Shown: positions 13,081 through 26,507 of the stretch, one piece after another
Layout of the letters: every line of letters begins with the position of its first letter
How positions within the stretch are numbered: position 1 is the stretch's first letter
Source: Mustelus asterias
Taxonomy: Eukaryota
Direction: 5' to 3'
DNA length: 64,000 nucleotides
NCBI RefSeq assembly: GCF_964213995.1
Contig: NC_135806.1
Coordinates: 60,512,001 to 60,576,000, forward strand
Notes under the pieces: generated by a model
Told to the model about the DNA's origin: nothing
Databases searched by the model: none
What the model saw: the letters and a program-made list of their open reading frames with translations, nothing else
Program-made: the position numbers and the translations under genes

Positions 13081-13404
13081 CAGCATGGTGGCACAGTGGT
13101 TATCACTGCTGCTTCACAGCTCTAGGGACCCGGGTTCAATTCTGGCCTCAGGTCACTGTCTGTGTGAAGGTTGCACATTCTCCCCGTGTCTGCGTGGGTT
13201 TCCTCTGGGTGCTCCGGTTTCCTCCCACACGCCAAAGATGTGCGGGTTAGGTTGATTAGCCATGCTAAATTGCCCCTAAGTGCCAGAGAGATTAGCAACA
13301 TAAATAAGTGGGGTTGTGGGGATAGGGCCTTGGTGGGATTGAAGTTGGTGCAGACTTGATGGGCCAAATGGCCTTCTTCTGCACTGTAGGGATTCTATGA
13401 TTCT
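13081..13404 (+). mobile_element. HE1-type V-SINE
   Basis: Full head-V domain-tail structure. Confidence 0.9.
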
Positions 13405-15062
13405 TATAAATCAATGTATTCTAGTGGAAGCCAGTAGGGCAGGAAGGTGAGTGTTCGGGGCGATGATGGGTAAGTGGTGCTGAGAGATGTTGGAGGGGAC
13501 ACGGAAGTAGATGCAGATTTTGGGAGGTTGGCAGGTTAAGGGGGTGCTTGTCTGTTGTAATGGGGTGGGCTCTTTGGGAAGTTAGAGGGTGTGGACATTG
13601 ATTTGCATGGGGCTGATGGGAGCTGGTTGCAGGGTAACTGTGGGAAGGACAAATGTTACATCTGGGGCGTGGGGAGGTCAGTGGTTATGGGGGTGAGGGT
13701 ATGGGTCACAGGGCGATAGGTTAAGATATTTGACTGCATATCAAAGATACCAACAGTTATGGTCATTCACAACCAAGCAGAACCTCATGGTGGAGATCTC
13801 AAGATGCTGCATGGGAGTTGAGTCATCAGGAGTGGGTGAAGATGCAGATCAGCCTCAACTGGACAACTGAAGGACAACTCTGCTATGTAGCAGCTACACT
13901 GCCAGGGCATTGGGACAGGTGAGCGTGTGAAAGGCAAAGACTCACTGGGTGCAGAGACTTCTTGCAGTTGGTTCACAGTGGCCTTGGCAAATACCTTTAC
14001 CTCCATGCACATGCCTGAATCTGGGGCACATAGACCCAGCATGGGGTGTTCCTTGGAAGATGTTGTGGGGATGGGGTGATACCCTCAGAGAGTCCTGTAT
14101 GGAGGTCACATGTGTGTCCAACAGCCATGATTCCTCCCTTTGGGTGTCCAAGCGTCCTTGCCCAAGGGAAAAGAACACCTGGAGGGAGGCTGAGGTGTCC
14201 TCACCTCCCCTCCCAATTAACCGCTGCAATATCTCACCCATGACTACAGCGATGGAATTGAGGTCTGTGCACATATCCGGCAGAAACTGGATGTTCTGCT
14301 GAACTAGGTTCTCCACGACATCAGCCACCTTCCCCGTGGAGACCGCAATGTGTGGCGGTTCTTCAGAAAGCAGATGTAGGGACTCTTCCACCTCACGTGC
14401 CGCTCTGGTGAGGGTCTCGGACACCCCAGCCTGATGTTCCTCTGCCTCTTGCAGCTCCAACATCTCATGCAGGGCCCATCTCTGAGGCTCATCATCTGAT
14501 TGGATGTTGCTGATGCCTCTTCCTCAGGAGTCCTCCGAGTGAGCTTGGCTGACCTTGCCTCCTCCGGCTGAAATGACCACCAAAATGTGAGGAACTGTCA
14601 GGAACTGTGAGGAACTAGATCGAGTACCCACAGAGGTGCGTGTCTCTGTGCTGGTGGAGGGTGCAGGTGATTGCTGTGATGTCTCTACAGGTGAACGTTC
14701 TTCCTCCTCCTCAATGTCCTGGGTGCTCTGTGGGCTGGAGGAACTGCTGGACAGAGGCTTCCTCTTCTTCCCTCCCCTCTTCCTGCTGGCACCTGTAAGT
14801 GAAAGAGGAGACAGCGAGTGACTGCATGAGCTGCCTCCAAAATGGAGGAATAGATGATTCTTAGGTTTCTATGTGACTACATTATGAATGGATCCTTACT
14901 AGATGGAAGCTGCCCACTGACCTCTCCATCACTGCAGGCTCGGTCTGGTTCCTCACCAGCCAGCTGCTCCTTGAATTCAGAGATGTTCTGGAAGTCAGGC
15001 CGGCCCCCTCCTGTCTTCCCTCCCACTCTCAACTTTTCCTGTGCAATAAGAGAAGATGGGGT

Positions 15063-15232
15063 TGATAGAGATAGATAGAGATAGATAGATTGAGATTGAT
15101 AGAGATAGATCGAGATAGATAGAGATAGATCGGGGAATACAGATAGTTAGATAGAGGTAGATAGAGATACATCGAGATAGATAGGTAGAGGTAGATAGAT
15201 AGAGATAGATAGTTCGAGATAGAGATAGATAG
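15063..15232 (+). repeat. Compound (GATA/GAGATA)n microsatellite
   Basis: Directly visible. Confidence 0.95.
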
Positions 15233-16710
15233 TCCCAGATTCAATGACTCATCCCACAAAGTGCTGCTCAAAGCTTTCTCATGTTCCCAGTCTTACAAAT
15301 AACCCACTGGATTGTGTGTCATGTGATCAATACACTACAGGTTGTCCACAAGCGATCTGGGGCAGCACCCTCCAGAGCATGGAGCCCATGCAGATAGAAG
15401 GATAAGGCTCACAGAAGTATGTCATTAGCAGTGCGTGGTGGTGCCCTCAGTACTTAACCATATCCCCCCACCCGCCACACCTCCACACCTCCCAGCCAGC
15501 ATCTGAGCTCTCTGTGTGGAAGGATCAGGGACCACAGTGGCCTCTCCGCCTGCAGACTAGGTGGATGCAGTGGGGCTATGAGGCATCGCATGAGTGGCTC
15601 TTTTATTCTTGGTGTGCATGGATGGTGTCCTTTCCACTGAGGCTCCTGTCCCCTGTACCATTCAGTGGGGTGAGTGGGAGCAGTTGAAGGTTCACTTACT
15701 CTGGCAGAGCAAATGAGGTCATTCATCCATCAGTTTGCGACATTGCAGTGCCATTGGGTGGTGGAGGCCGTGGGCAGTGACCATCCTGGAGATTTCCTCC
15801 CATGTCGGGTTAGTCTAATGGCTCACCCTCCTCCTTCTATCAGCTGGGTAGAGGGCGCCCCTCCCGGCCTCCACTGCTTTGAGCAGCACTTTGTGGGATG
15901 AGTCATTGAATCTGGGGGCCGAGGTCCCTGTGATTGACAGATCATCTCCTCCTTCAATAGTGGGTAAGTTGATATTTGGGCACCTTTTCAATATGGCGCC
16001 AGGATATGATGCTCGGTTGTGTGCCATCCAACTCGGCCCACCGCGTAATGTGTCAGTAAATCCCCAGCTGCATCATTAATTCGGCCAGCATCATGTGATC
16101 CAGTACAAATTCCCACCAGCCTCCGCGGCAGGAAAACTTCCGGTTCCTGCCCCCACCACAGGATTTAATCTCAGAATGGGAAAGTTCTGCCTATAATTAT
16201 CACAAACCTTACAACAGGGACCATTAATGACCAAAAGGTTGTTTATGTTGAGTGAATTCCAGCAACCTCCCCCCCAGACTCTGATGCAATATGCAGCTGC
16301 ACAGAAGGCAGGGAGCTACAGATATATCACCAGTGGTACTGGCACCTACCCAGGGCACATAAATGAGATGTCTTCCCTTCAACCTGCAAATTCCTGCTGT
16401 GTGAAGACCAACTGTCCGTGACAGAGGTCATCAGCTGCTGTGTGCCAGCTGTTACACCAGATGGACATCCTATCAGGTTTTGCTCTCACATAGCTCTCAT
16501 ATAACAACATACTCTTAAAAATCCAGACTTTTAAATCCAGAGTTTACTTTGTTTCATCATATTTTCTGGTCACATATTTGGCAAGAGCCCCCAATGAATT
16601 TAGTTGAGTCAACTTGTAGTTTTAAACTTCGGCTACAATGACTCATGGGAAGAAGTTTTTGAAGTCACTCTACCAATTCCGTTGCTAGCCTCTATTTAAA
16701 ATAAAAACCT

Positions 16711-16835
16711 TGGGTGGAATATTCCGGCCATTCACACCAGCAGGATTTTCTAGTCTCGCTGAAGTGAACGATGATTTTGCTGAGCAACAAATTCTCCGTC
16801 CTCGCTTGTAGCAGCAGCGGGACATGAACGGCCTT
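16711..16835 (+). mobile_element. Harbinger-type MITE of about 135 bp, 3' end degraded
   Basis: Similar to 21088-21224 and 21963-22098. Confidence 0.7.
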
Positions 16836-18499
16836 ATCTTCATTGGTCAAATGTGTCCTTATGCAGGACAATTCACCACTGATGTAATAAACATTTGACA
16901 GAGAAGAAAAATAACCATATCCTTAAACTTACCAATTTTGTTGTTTTTACATAACTGTCAACGGTATCTCCTTCTCAGGCATATCCACATACGTGTCCCT
17001 GGGCCTTCAGAGCTGGTTATTACTCAACCCCTGTTACCAGGCAGCACCAGACAAACTGAGTTACTAAGCTCCATTGTCTGACTTTGAGGTCCAATGTGAA
17101 GAACACTGGAGCAGGAATCCGTATCCCAAATCAGCTTAGTCACAATCTTCTGCAAATCTCCCTCATCCTGCTCCGTACCTGCCCAGTGTGGTCTGCTTTG
17201 AAGTTTTCACTGAGCACTCTATGCTCTTCCCCCAGTACTTAAAAGTGCTCCTCATCTGCTCCAAGTATTCAGTCTAACTACTACTCTCTTTCTGCTCTCA
17301 ACCTCCTTCCCCACTAAGTGAAACTCCAAACAAGAAAAGTTCATATTTATTAAGCACCTTTAATGTGATGGAACTTATGGGTACCTCACAGAGGAAGAAA
17401 AGAAGTAGACATCAAGTCTTTGTGAGTTCGGAGAGGTGACTGAAAGCTTGATGAAGAGACGGATATTTGGAAGGCTTTTAACTGGAGGAGGGACTTCAGA
17501 GAGGAAGTTCTAGACAGTAAGACCACGACAAAAGAGGGCATGGTGAACAATTGTAGAGAGGCACTGGAAGCCAGAGCCAAAGCAGTAGAGTGTATGACAG
17601 GTGATGCAGAAGGCAGTCAATGTTGAGTGAGCAAAGTCATACAGAATGAAAGGATACCTAAATTTGTCCTGCTGGGGATCACTGTTCATTAATGAGGGTG
17701 GAGAGGATAACAAATGTTGGGCAGGATGTGAACACGAAGGTTTGCATATTTTGGAGTGAATGGCTAAGGACATCAGGAATCTCAATAAGGGTTTTGTAGC
17801 AGTGGTGTAAGGCAGAGTTGCTCAGTCTTGCACGAAGCCTAATGTTAAACCCTGGGTTCAGCCTGAGCCTGCAGTCTAAAGGGGAATTCAGTTGTCATCA
17901 AGAATATAACATCCTTTAAAAAAAGTGACAAACCATAACATCACTCATCTTGATGTACCACAAGGGGAACTTGTGGCTGAACTTCAACTTTAATACATTA
18001 AACTGTCTGTCTGATCATCTGGTCAAAGGAAGTGCGGGGACAAAGTGTCAGACGCAAAATGACTGCAATTGATGTCACCATGTTGCAGCAAATGACGAAG
18101 AAAGAATCTTTACTGAATTACAGAGCTGTCTCTGCAGGATCAAGAGGCCAAGCCACAGGTATAGTTACACAAGCTTCACTGGCAGAATCTTGTAGAGACA
18201 GTAACGTGCATGCTGGCTGGTGAAGTGGTTCTGACCTATGCGCACATTAAAAATGATGAAGGTGAATATAACAAAAACCAGGAGAATTTGAGATTACAGA
18301 GCTTGGAATTTGCAGCTTTGCTGAGGATAGTCTTGGCATTGTGGGCAAGGCAGAAATTAAACTAAAGGGATTTGAACACTGAGCGATGAGTTCAAGTGAT
18401 GCTCCCTGATTGGACTTCACCAAAAGATCAGCACAGCAGCTGCGACTCCAGAATTGGCCAAAAGTCTCACTCCCTCCTCTGATAGGCATAGAAATCCAT

Positions 18500-20750
18500 G
18501 GCCAGAGTTTTCCATTCCGGAGGCATAGTGGGAGTAGGAACCAGCAGTGTTTCCTATTGTGAGGCCCGGTGGGAATTTGCACCAAACCGCATGATGCTGG
18601 ACTCATTAACTATACAGTTTTGGGGGTTTCCAATGTGTTGCACGGTGGGGTGGGCTGGATGACATGCACCCCACTGTCATATATGGGTGTCGTATTTAAA
18701 AGGTGCTTGGCCATCAATCTCTTTGTTGCGAACCCACCATTGAAGGAGTTGATGGCCCGACGATCACAGGGATCTCCAGCACCCAGATTCAAAGACGCTT
18801 CCCTCCATGTGCTGCTCAGTGCAATGGAGGCCAGGAATGGCGTCCTGTATCCCAAGGATGGAAGGAAGAGGGCAAGCCACGTGACCAACCCTGCATGGGA
18901 GGATGTCATGATGTGGACGTCACCAGGGTGGTCAATGCCCACATCCCCCACTGGAAGAGAGCCCTGCAGAACCAGAAATGGAAGAATGGCCTCATCTGCT
19001 CGACCAGGGTAAGTGAACCCTCAACTGCTCACACTCACCTCACTGAATGGTACAGGGGACATGAGCCTCAGTGGCAAGGACACCATCCATGCAGCCCACA
19101 TGTAAAAGAGCGACTCAATGTTTTTGTTTACTCATTTACGGGATGTGGGCATCACTTGCTGGGCCAGCATTTATTGCCCATCGTTAACTACCCTCCATTT
19201 CAGAGGGCCTTTGAGAATCAACAGCACTGTTGTGGATCTGGAGTCACATATAGGCCAGACAAGTAAGGACGGCAGATTTCCTTCCCTAAAGAATGTTAGT
19301 GAACCAGATGGGTTTTTACGGCAATCAACAATGGCTTCACGGTTATCATTATACTTTTAATTCCAAATTTTTATTGAATTCAAATATCACCATCTGCCGA
19401 GATGGGATTTGAACACAGGTCCCCAGAGCTTGCCCAGGCTCTCTGGATTACTAATCCAGTGGCAATACCACTACGCCACTACCTCCCACCCATGTGATGA
19501 TACCTCATGGCCCCATTTCAGTCCATCTAATCTGCAGGTGGAGAGTCCACTGTGCTCTCTGAACACAGAAAGCTCAGATGCCGGCTAGGTGGTGGTGCAA
19601 GGGGAAGGTGTTGAGGTCACCAGCAAGTACTGTTGATGAAATGTCTCTGTGAGCCTTATCCTCTATCTACATGTGCTCACTGTACTGGAGGGTGCTGCCC
19701 CAGAACCCTACTGGACAACCTGCAGTATATTAAAGACTTGACACACAATCCAGTGGGTTATTTGTAAGACTTATTGAGGAAGATACATGAAACCCAATTG
19801 CTCTCAACTCCAATAAGGATCCATTCATAATGCAGTCACATAGAAACATTAAGATCAGGCATTTTTCCATTTTGGAGGCAGCACATGCAGTCACTCACTG
19901 TTTCCTCTTTCACTTACAGGTGTCGCAAGAAGAGGGGAGAGGAGAAGAGGAAGCCCCGGTCCAGCAGTTCCTCCAGCCCACAGAGCACCCGGGACATTGA
20001 GGAGGCAGAAGAAAATGTATCTGCGAAGGTGTCCTAGCCGTCACCTGCACCCTCCACCCTCCACCAGCACAGGGACACACACCTCAGTGGGTACTAGATC
20101 TAGTTCAGGCAGGGTCTCATATTCTAGTGGTCACCGCACACTCATGCGTCCACAGCAGGAGGAGGCAGGGTCAGCCAAGCTCATCAACATTCTGAGGACC
20201 GCTTGGGTTGAGGCATCTGCAACATCCAAGTCGGATTACAAGCCTCTGGGATCAACCCTGCACGAGGTTCTGGACGTGCGGTGTGAGCTGGGAGAACATC
20301 AGGCATAAGCTCTCCATGGAGTGGCACACGGGACAGAGGAGTCTGTCCACCTGCTGGCTGGTGAAGTGGTTCTGATCTATGTGCACATTAAAATCTCCAT
20401 AGGGAGGGTGGCGAATGCCATGGAAAACCTGATCCGGCAGAATGGCCGGTTTCTGCCAGAGATGCACAGGGACCTGGACTCCGTCGCTGTAGCCGTGGGT
20501 GAGATTTCACAGTGACTACACGAGAGGCGGAGGGGGCACATCAACCTCCTTCTTCTCCTCAAGGAGTCAGATTGAGGCCTTCACAGACAGAGAGGGCGGA
20601 GGAACAACTGTTGGACAATCCTGGTACCTCCACTCAGGACTCTCTGAGGGTGACCTACCCTTTGGAATCCCCCTTGTCTGTGACCCCTTCAGCTTCATCC
20701 TCTGTGACCACTGAGGGAGCAGGTGCCCCACTATTGCCCCCACCCCCCCC
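18500..20750 (+). mobile_element. Decayed Harbinger element B with Myb/SANT-like gene relic
   Basis: APRFKDASLHVLLSAM...AWEDV motif; GTAAGT donor near 19009 and CTTACAG acceptor near 19919; collinear with the reverse complement of about 14100-16190. Confidence 0.75.
19121..19487 (-). mobile_element. tRNA-headed SINE family B
   Basis: Homologous to 36854-37220; 3' tail shared with the LINE ending at 32400. Confidence 0.8.
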
Positions 20751-21087
20751 CCCCCAACCCATGTTTTTGCTTAATTCAACAAAGGAACAATGCCTGGACA
20801 GGTTCTGTTTTCCTGCAAAGGACATGTGTATGAATATAACTCTGAGCAAGTGTAATTGTGCCACATTGTGAGCCTGACTGATCATATTAAATTAGTTAAC
20901 ATAATTCTTAGGATTGTTCCTTGAGGTTGTTGGGGTTGTTCAGCAAATGCTGTCCAATGACAGAATCATATTTAATATGGGACATTATGCTCTGTGTTTT
21001 GCAGGCACAGGCTGGTTGAGTACAGTCAGTGCTCTGCCTCATGCAAATAACTGAAGGTATAAAATCCTGACAGTCACTGGGACATAT

Positions 21088-21224
21088 GGGCTGGAATTTT
21101 CTGGCCATTCACACCAGCGGAATTTTCTGGTTCTGCTGCAATGAATGAAGATTTGGCTGAGCACCAAATTCTCCTTCCTCGCTTGCAGCGGTGATGGGGT
21201 GTGGACTGCTGGAAAATTCTGGCC
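21088..21224 (+). mobile_element. Harbinger-type MITE
   Basis: Imperfect TIRs GGGCTGGAATTTTC / GAAAATTCTGGCC; same family as 21963-22098. Confidence 0.75.
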
Positions 21225-21962
21225 GTGACCTATGTACCTGGCAGTGCAACAGCACTGGAATTCATATATCCCATTACTAATTTGGGTGGTAGGCAAAAAG
21301 TCTTTTTGGCTTGACAGCAGCATCATGCCAGTAGAACAAAATCACTCATGTTGCTATTGCATAGCAGCAATTCATCTTTTGCTCAAATCTTTGAGGTAAA
21401 CCATGTCCTGTTCAGATGCCTTAAGCCCATTCATGAGTATGTGCAATACACAGTGAGCAATGATCTGGTCGGAATAGCCATTTGCAGAATGGCTTTGATG
21501 GACACTATTATGGCATCAAGCTTGCACAGTGTGCAAATGGCTCGGGCTCTATTTAAGAGATTGCTGATAAAGGCAATCCTATAGCCCATGGAGCTGTAGG
21601 TATCCCAATGCATATATGCTGACCAGTGAAGTAGGCTTGCAGTACAGAGCAGTGGAGAACCCGTTAGCCGATTTCTCAACTAACATATTGAGGGATGGGC
21701 CTCGTTCGTCTGCTCCATTTCAATGCTGAACTTGAGCGTGGGATGGAACCCGTTCAGGTGTGTGAGGAAAAAATATCGAAAATGTATCGTCCAAATATCA
21801 TAAATATGTAAGAGATAGGAGGATAGGAATCCTCCCATCAAAAATGAGTTTCTAATGGAAACCGATGACAATGTTAGTAAGAGGTGAGCCTGGAGGCAAT
21901 TTCCTAGAAACACTATCTTTTTTGGCATACATAATGTCAACTGCATGAGTTGCTAAGCTCAT

Positions 21963-22098
21963 GGCCGGAATTCTCTGGCCATTCACATCCCACCACCGCT
22001 GCAAGTGAGAACGGGGAATTTGGCGCTCAGCCAAGTCTCCGTTCACTGCAGCGGGACCAGAGAATCCTGCTGGCATGAACGGCCAGAGAACCCTACCC
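21963..22098 (-). mobile_element. Harbinger-type MITE
   Basis: Imperfect TIRs; 3-bp TSD CAT on both sides. Confidence 0.8.
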
Positions 22099-23587
22099 CA
22101 TAAATACAGTGAATACAGAGTCACAAAATGGTGGCGTGTCTAGATTGCTACAATATAGTGACAAGGTACAATGTCCATGGCTTCCTTGAATGACATGTTA
22201 ATGAATAGGTTTGCAGTATTGTTCATTAGGTTTGTGTAAGAATGACCAGCTTACTTGTGGCCTATTGGACAGGAATCGTCCTTGTAGTTCACTGCATTCC
22301 TGTATATATGGGCTGCCCAAAGCAAATAAAAATGATGTCTCATTGCACTCTATCTGATCTATGACTGATTCTGCACAACATCAATTGGCCGATTTATTAT
22401 ATGGCAGTCAGTGATTGGAGGCAGGAAGGGGGAAATCAGATATGGGGTAAGGAAGGAGATTGCAGTCCTGGGGTTAGGAGTTGATGGAGGCCTGGAGTGG
22501 CTGGGATGGTGGGGTGGCCAGCGGGAAGGGAGATTGAAGGCTAGTGGATAGGTAGGAAGCTCCTGAAAAGTGAGGTCAGAGGTCAACTGGAAGAAGTCAG
22601 AAGCCAGATCAGGGGCGGGGGGGGTGGTAAAAGTATTAGTGGCAGAGAACAGAGGCTGCGTGGAAAATTGGGATCCCCGGTTTTGGAGGAGATTAAAGAG
22701 CTCATGGCTGGGAGGTTGGGGGCAGATTGGAAGGGGCTGGGATGATGTGTTTGATTGTGGGGGATTGGCCAGACAGGCAAGTGATCCCTTAGCACAGTTT
22801 AACTGATGGTTTTCCTGAGATCTGGGAAACAGAGCCAGCCAAACTTAAATTTCAAAGGGTGAATAAGAATCAGAATGAGGCCTCATTATAATCGTCACAT
22901 TTTTCAACCCACGTCCAGGGAGCAGACTAGCTGCTCATTTCCCCCACCCACCTCCATTAAAACAAGAGGTGGGGGCGGCTTAGAGGTGGGTTGGGATTGT
23001 GATTCAGACTTTTATTACTTTAACGCCCTTTCCCACCAAAACCCCTGACCAAACCCATCCACTTTCCGAAGTTACATTTCTAGCCCCTCTCCCCCTGCAC
23101 GGCCACCTCCCCCCCACCCCCCCCCCCCCCCCCCCCCCCCACTTCCCCCCACCTCCTTCAGCCTCCCCTCCTTATGACCCATGATTCAGGACTCTAAGCT
23201 GAATGTTGTCATGTTCTTGGACTTTAAGCTCTATGCCCTGCTGGAATCTAAACTATGTATCACTTAAGCAGATTGGAATTTCGTGGCAGCAGATCTGCAA
23301 CAATTGGGAGCTCTGGTGAAAAAGAAATCATGATTTATGACGTGACTGTCTTTTCACAAAGTCCCTGGTGCTCCCAGTAACTGTGCGTCTTCTGTGCACT
23401 TTTTGTAAGGAATCCAGAGGAGATGCCTTCACCCACTGAATGGAAATGAAGAGAAACAAGTTTGTAATACTTAATGCTGCCGCATCAGCATGGGCTAAAA
23501 TATAAATACTGCTCAGTAACTTATTATAGAATCGTATCATTAAAAAGCACAGGTGATAATGCAACCCATCATACCTGTGATAGCTGT

Positions 23588-23865
23588 AGTGGCACAGTGG
23601 TTAACACTACTGCCTCACAGCGCCAGGGACCTGGGTTCAATTTCCGGCTTGGGTGACTGTGCAGACTCTGCACGTTTTCCCTGTGTCTGCGTGGGTTTCC
23701 TCTGGGTGTTCCAGTTTCCTCCCAAAGTCTGAAAGATGTGCTGGTTAGGTGCATTGGCCATGTTGAATTCTCCGTCAGTGAACCCAAACAGAGTGTGGTG
23801 ACTAGGTAATTTTCACAGTAACTTCATTGCAGTATGCCTACTTATGAAACTAATAAATAAACTTT
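23588..23865 (+). mobile_element. V-SINE with the alternative (non-CR1) tail
   Basis: HE1-like head and V domain; tail TTTTCACAGTAACTTCATTGCAG...TAATAAATAAACTT. Confidence 0.85.
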
Positions 23866-24014
23866 AGATCTATCCAACCAGACCTACACCCACATTTATT
23901 CCCCATTGCTCTGTATGCTTTTCCCTTCGAGTATTTATCCTTTGGAAACTTACCACTGAATCTGCATCCACCATCCTTTCAGGCAATGTGCTCCAGATCA
24001 GAATTGGTTACTGT

Positions 24015-24421
24015 GGGTGGCATTTTCCAGCCCCTCCCCTCAATGAGGCCCATGAGTATGAGCTCCCTGATTGAGGTCATAATTGCCTACCCAAATAGGG
24101 AACCTCACCTATATATAAGGTCCACTGGCACTCCTGATTCTGGCCTTGTACCTGAAGCAGTCTAGGAGTGGAATAGAGTTGGGAAATAAATGGAATTTGG
24201 TGAAGGGACACCGGCCTCTCAGGAATTATTTCACCCGCGGCATTCTTTCCAGTGGCAGCGGGACCCACCATTGGCCAGTAGCGGGGTCGTTCAGTCCCAC
24301 CAATGTCTATGAAGTGTTTGTGCACCCTCCGCTGCCGGGGAACACTCTGTGAGAGGGAGGGGGATCGCCATCGGTAGGACTGGAAGATCCCACCTGTGGG
24401 AAGGGCTGGAAAATTTCAGCC
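24015..24421. mobile_element. Harbinger-type MITE
   Basis: TIRs GGGTGGCATTTTCCAGCCC / GGGCTGGAAAATTTCAGCC; TSD TGT. Confidence 0.75.
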
Positions 24422-25079
24422 TGTGTAAAATGTGTTCCCTCGTGCCACCTTGAGTCCTTTTGCTGGATAGCTCTTTTGATATATCTTCACAATTAAAATT
24501 GGCAAATACATTGTCAGGACTGAAATGCTGTTTAACCAGATTGCAGTCATCAGAATATATGACAAAATATTTTCCAGAATCATAGAAACCCCTACAAAGA
24601 AGTAATTTATTGAAGGGGTTACATTGATATTATGATGCATAAGTGTAACAGATGGCACCTGAACTTTTTCAGATGATCATCTGAACTTTTCCAGAATATC
24701 ATTTTGTGTCCATATCTATTACTCTTGTCCAAAACAAAGGAAGTTAAATTGCTTTCTGTTACAATAATAACTTACCACTGTTTTCACTATTAAAAAGGCT
24801 ACACTCACTTAATGTACAGAATGTTTCTCGTAGAAACCATAAGATGAGATGCTGTAATGTTAAATGTTAAATCCAACAACAGAGATTGCATCAGAGATTG
24901 AAACAATTTACAGGCATCTGGTCTTAATTTAAACAGGAAATGTACTCCTATGTGTAAAAGAGAATTTCTTCAAGTGGAAGACATATTTAGCACACCATTC
25001 TGCCTCTTACAGCTAAATTTTGTAAAAAATGTTTCAGCCCTTCGTTCGTCTTTGTTTGATAATTGGTGTCAATTGGGAC

Positions 25080-25465
25080 CCGGTTACACTAAGCTCTGAG
25101 TCAGAGGGTGACGAATTCAGGTTCCGATTCAGGACCTGAGTACAATAATCAAGTCCAGGCCAGGTGGTTGGTGCTCTGGATGAGATTTTAAACTGAGGTT
25201 CTGTCTACCTTCTTCAGTGGACTTAAAAGATCCCATGGCACTATTTTGAGGACGAGCAAGGTAGTGTTCTAGCCAATGTTTCTTCTTCACTCACATCGCA
25301 AAATAAACAAGTTACCTAGTCATTATCACATTGCTGATTGTGGGAGATTGCTGTGTGCAAATTGGTTGCTACATTTCCAACATTACAATAGTGACTATAT
25401 TTCCAAAATATTTCATTGTGTGTAAAACACTTTGTGACATCAGGTACTTGTGAAAGGTGCTATAG
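25080..25465 (+). mobile_element. Old DeuSINE (SacSINE1/AmnSINE-like)
   Basis: Recognised Deu-domain-like AAAAGATCCCATGGCACTATTT and L2-like tail GTGAAAGGTGCTATA; from recall, not searched. Confidence 0.6.
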
Positions 25466-25648
25466 GACGGCACGGTGGCACCGTGGTACGGTGGCACTGC
25501 CTCATAGCGCCAGGGACCCGGGTTCGATTCCTGGCTTGGGTCACTGTCTGTGTGGAGTCTGCACATTCTCCCCATGTTTGCGTGGGTTTCCTCTGGGTGC
25601 TCCGGTTTCCTCCCACAGTCTGAAAGATGTGCTGGTTAGGTGCCATTG

Positions 25649-26507
25649 TAAGAAGTTTAACAACACCAGGTTAAAGTCCAACAGGTTTATTTGGTAGCAA
25701 AAGCCACACAAGCTTTCGGAGCTGCAAGCCCCTTCTTCAGATGAGTGGGAATTCTGTTCACAAACAGAGCATATAAAGACACAAACTTAAGTTACATGAA
25801 TAATGGTTGGAATGCGAATACTTACAACTAATCAAGTCTTTAAGAAACAAAACAATGTGAGTGGAGAGAGCATCAAGACAGGCTAAAAAGATGTGTATTG
25901 TCTCCAGACAAGACAGCCAGTGAAACTCTGTGGGGGTTACAAATAGTGTGACATGAACCCAATATCCCGGTTGAGGCCGTCCTCGTGCGTGCGGAACTTG
26001 GCTATCAGTTTCTGCTCAGCGACTCTGCGCTGTGGTGTGTCGCGAAGGCCGCCTTGGAGAACGCTTACCCGAATATCAGAGGCCGAATGCCCGTGACTGC
26101 TGAAGTGCTCCCACAAAAGGAAGAGAACAGTCTTGCCTGGTGATTGTCGCGCGGTGTTCATTCATCCATTGTCGCAGCGTCTGCAAAGTTTCCCCAATGT
26201 ACCATGCCTCGGGACATCCTTTCTTGCAGCGTATCAGGTAGACAACGTTGGCCGAGTTGCAAGAGTATGTACCGTGTACCTGGTGGATGGTGTTCTCACG
26301 TGAGATGATGGCATCTGTGTCGATGATCCGGCACGTCTTGCAGAGGTTGCTGTGGCAGGGTTGTGTGGTGTCATGGTCACTGTTCTCCTGAAGGCTGGGT
26401 AGTTTGCTGCGGACAATGGTCTGTTTGAGGTTGTGCGGTTGTTTGAAGGCAAGAAGTGGGGGTGTGGGGATGGCCTTGGGGAGATGTTCGTCTTCATCAA
26501 TGACATG
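25649..26507 (-). mobile_element. Truncated Penelope-like element: GIY-YIG endonuclease end plus pLTR
   Basis: Reads PPLLAFKQPHNLK...VVYLIRC...WYIGET...EQKLIAKFRTHEDGLNRD; 11-12-bp TSD. Confidence 0.92.
25703..25748 (-). ncRNA. Minimal hammerhead ribozyme motif in the Penelope pLTR
   Basis: Minus strand CTGAAGA-stem II (GGGGC/GCTCC)-GAAA-GCTT, flanked by partly complementary arms. Confidence 0.65.

Larger units (their letters stand above)
12110..16191 (-). mobile_element. Decayed Harbinger element A with Myb/SANT-like gene relic
   Basis: 15700-15930 minus reads APRFNDSSHKVLLKAV...WEEI...QCRKLMNDL; TIR-like end near 16170-16191; left boundary uncertain. Confidence 0.7.
20905..22340 (-). pseudogene. 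Old Penelope-like element relic (RT and GIY-YIG), interrupted by two MITEs
   Basis: Motifs HLNGFHPTLKFSIEME, NLLNRARAIC, IYEFQC..ARYIG, IGQHLLNNP in shifted frames. Confidence 0.75.

Noticed and set aside
16932-17060. Candidate minus-strand exon ending in GTAAG
   Set aside because: All frames are interrupted by stops
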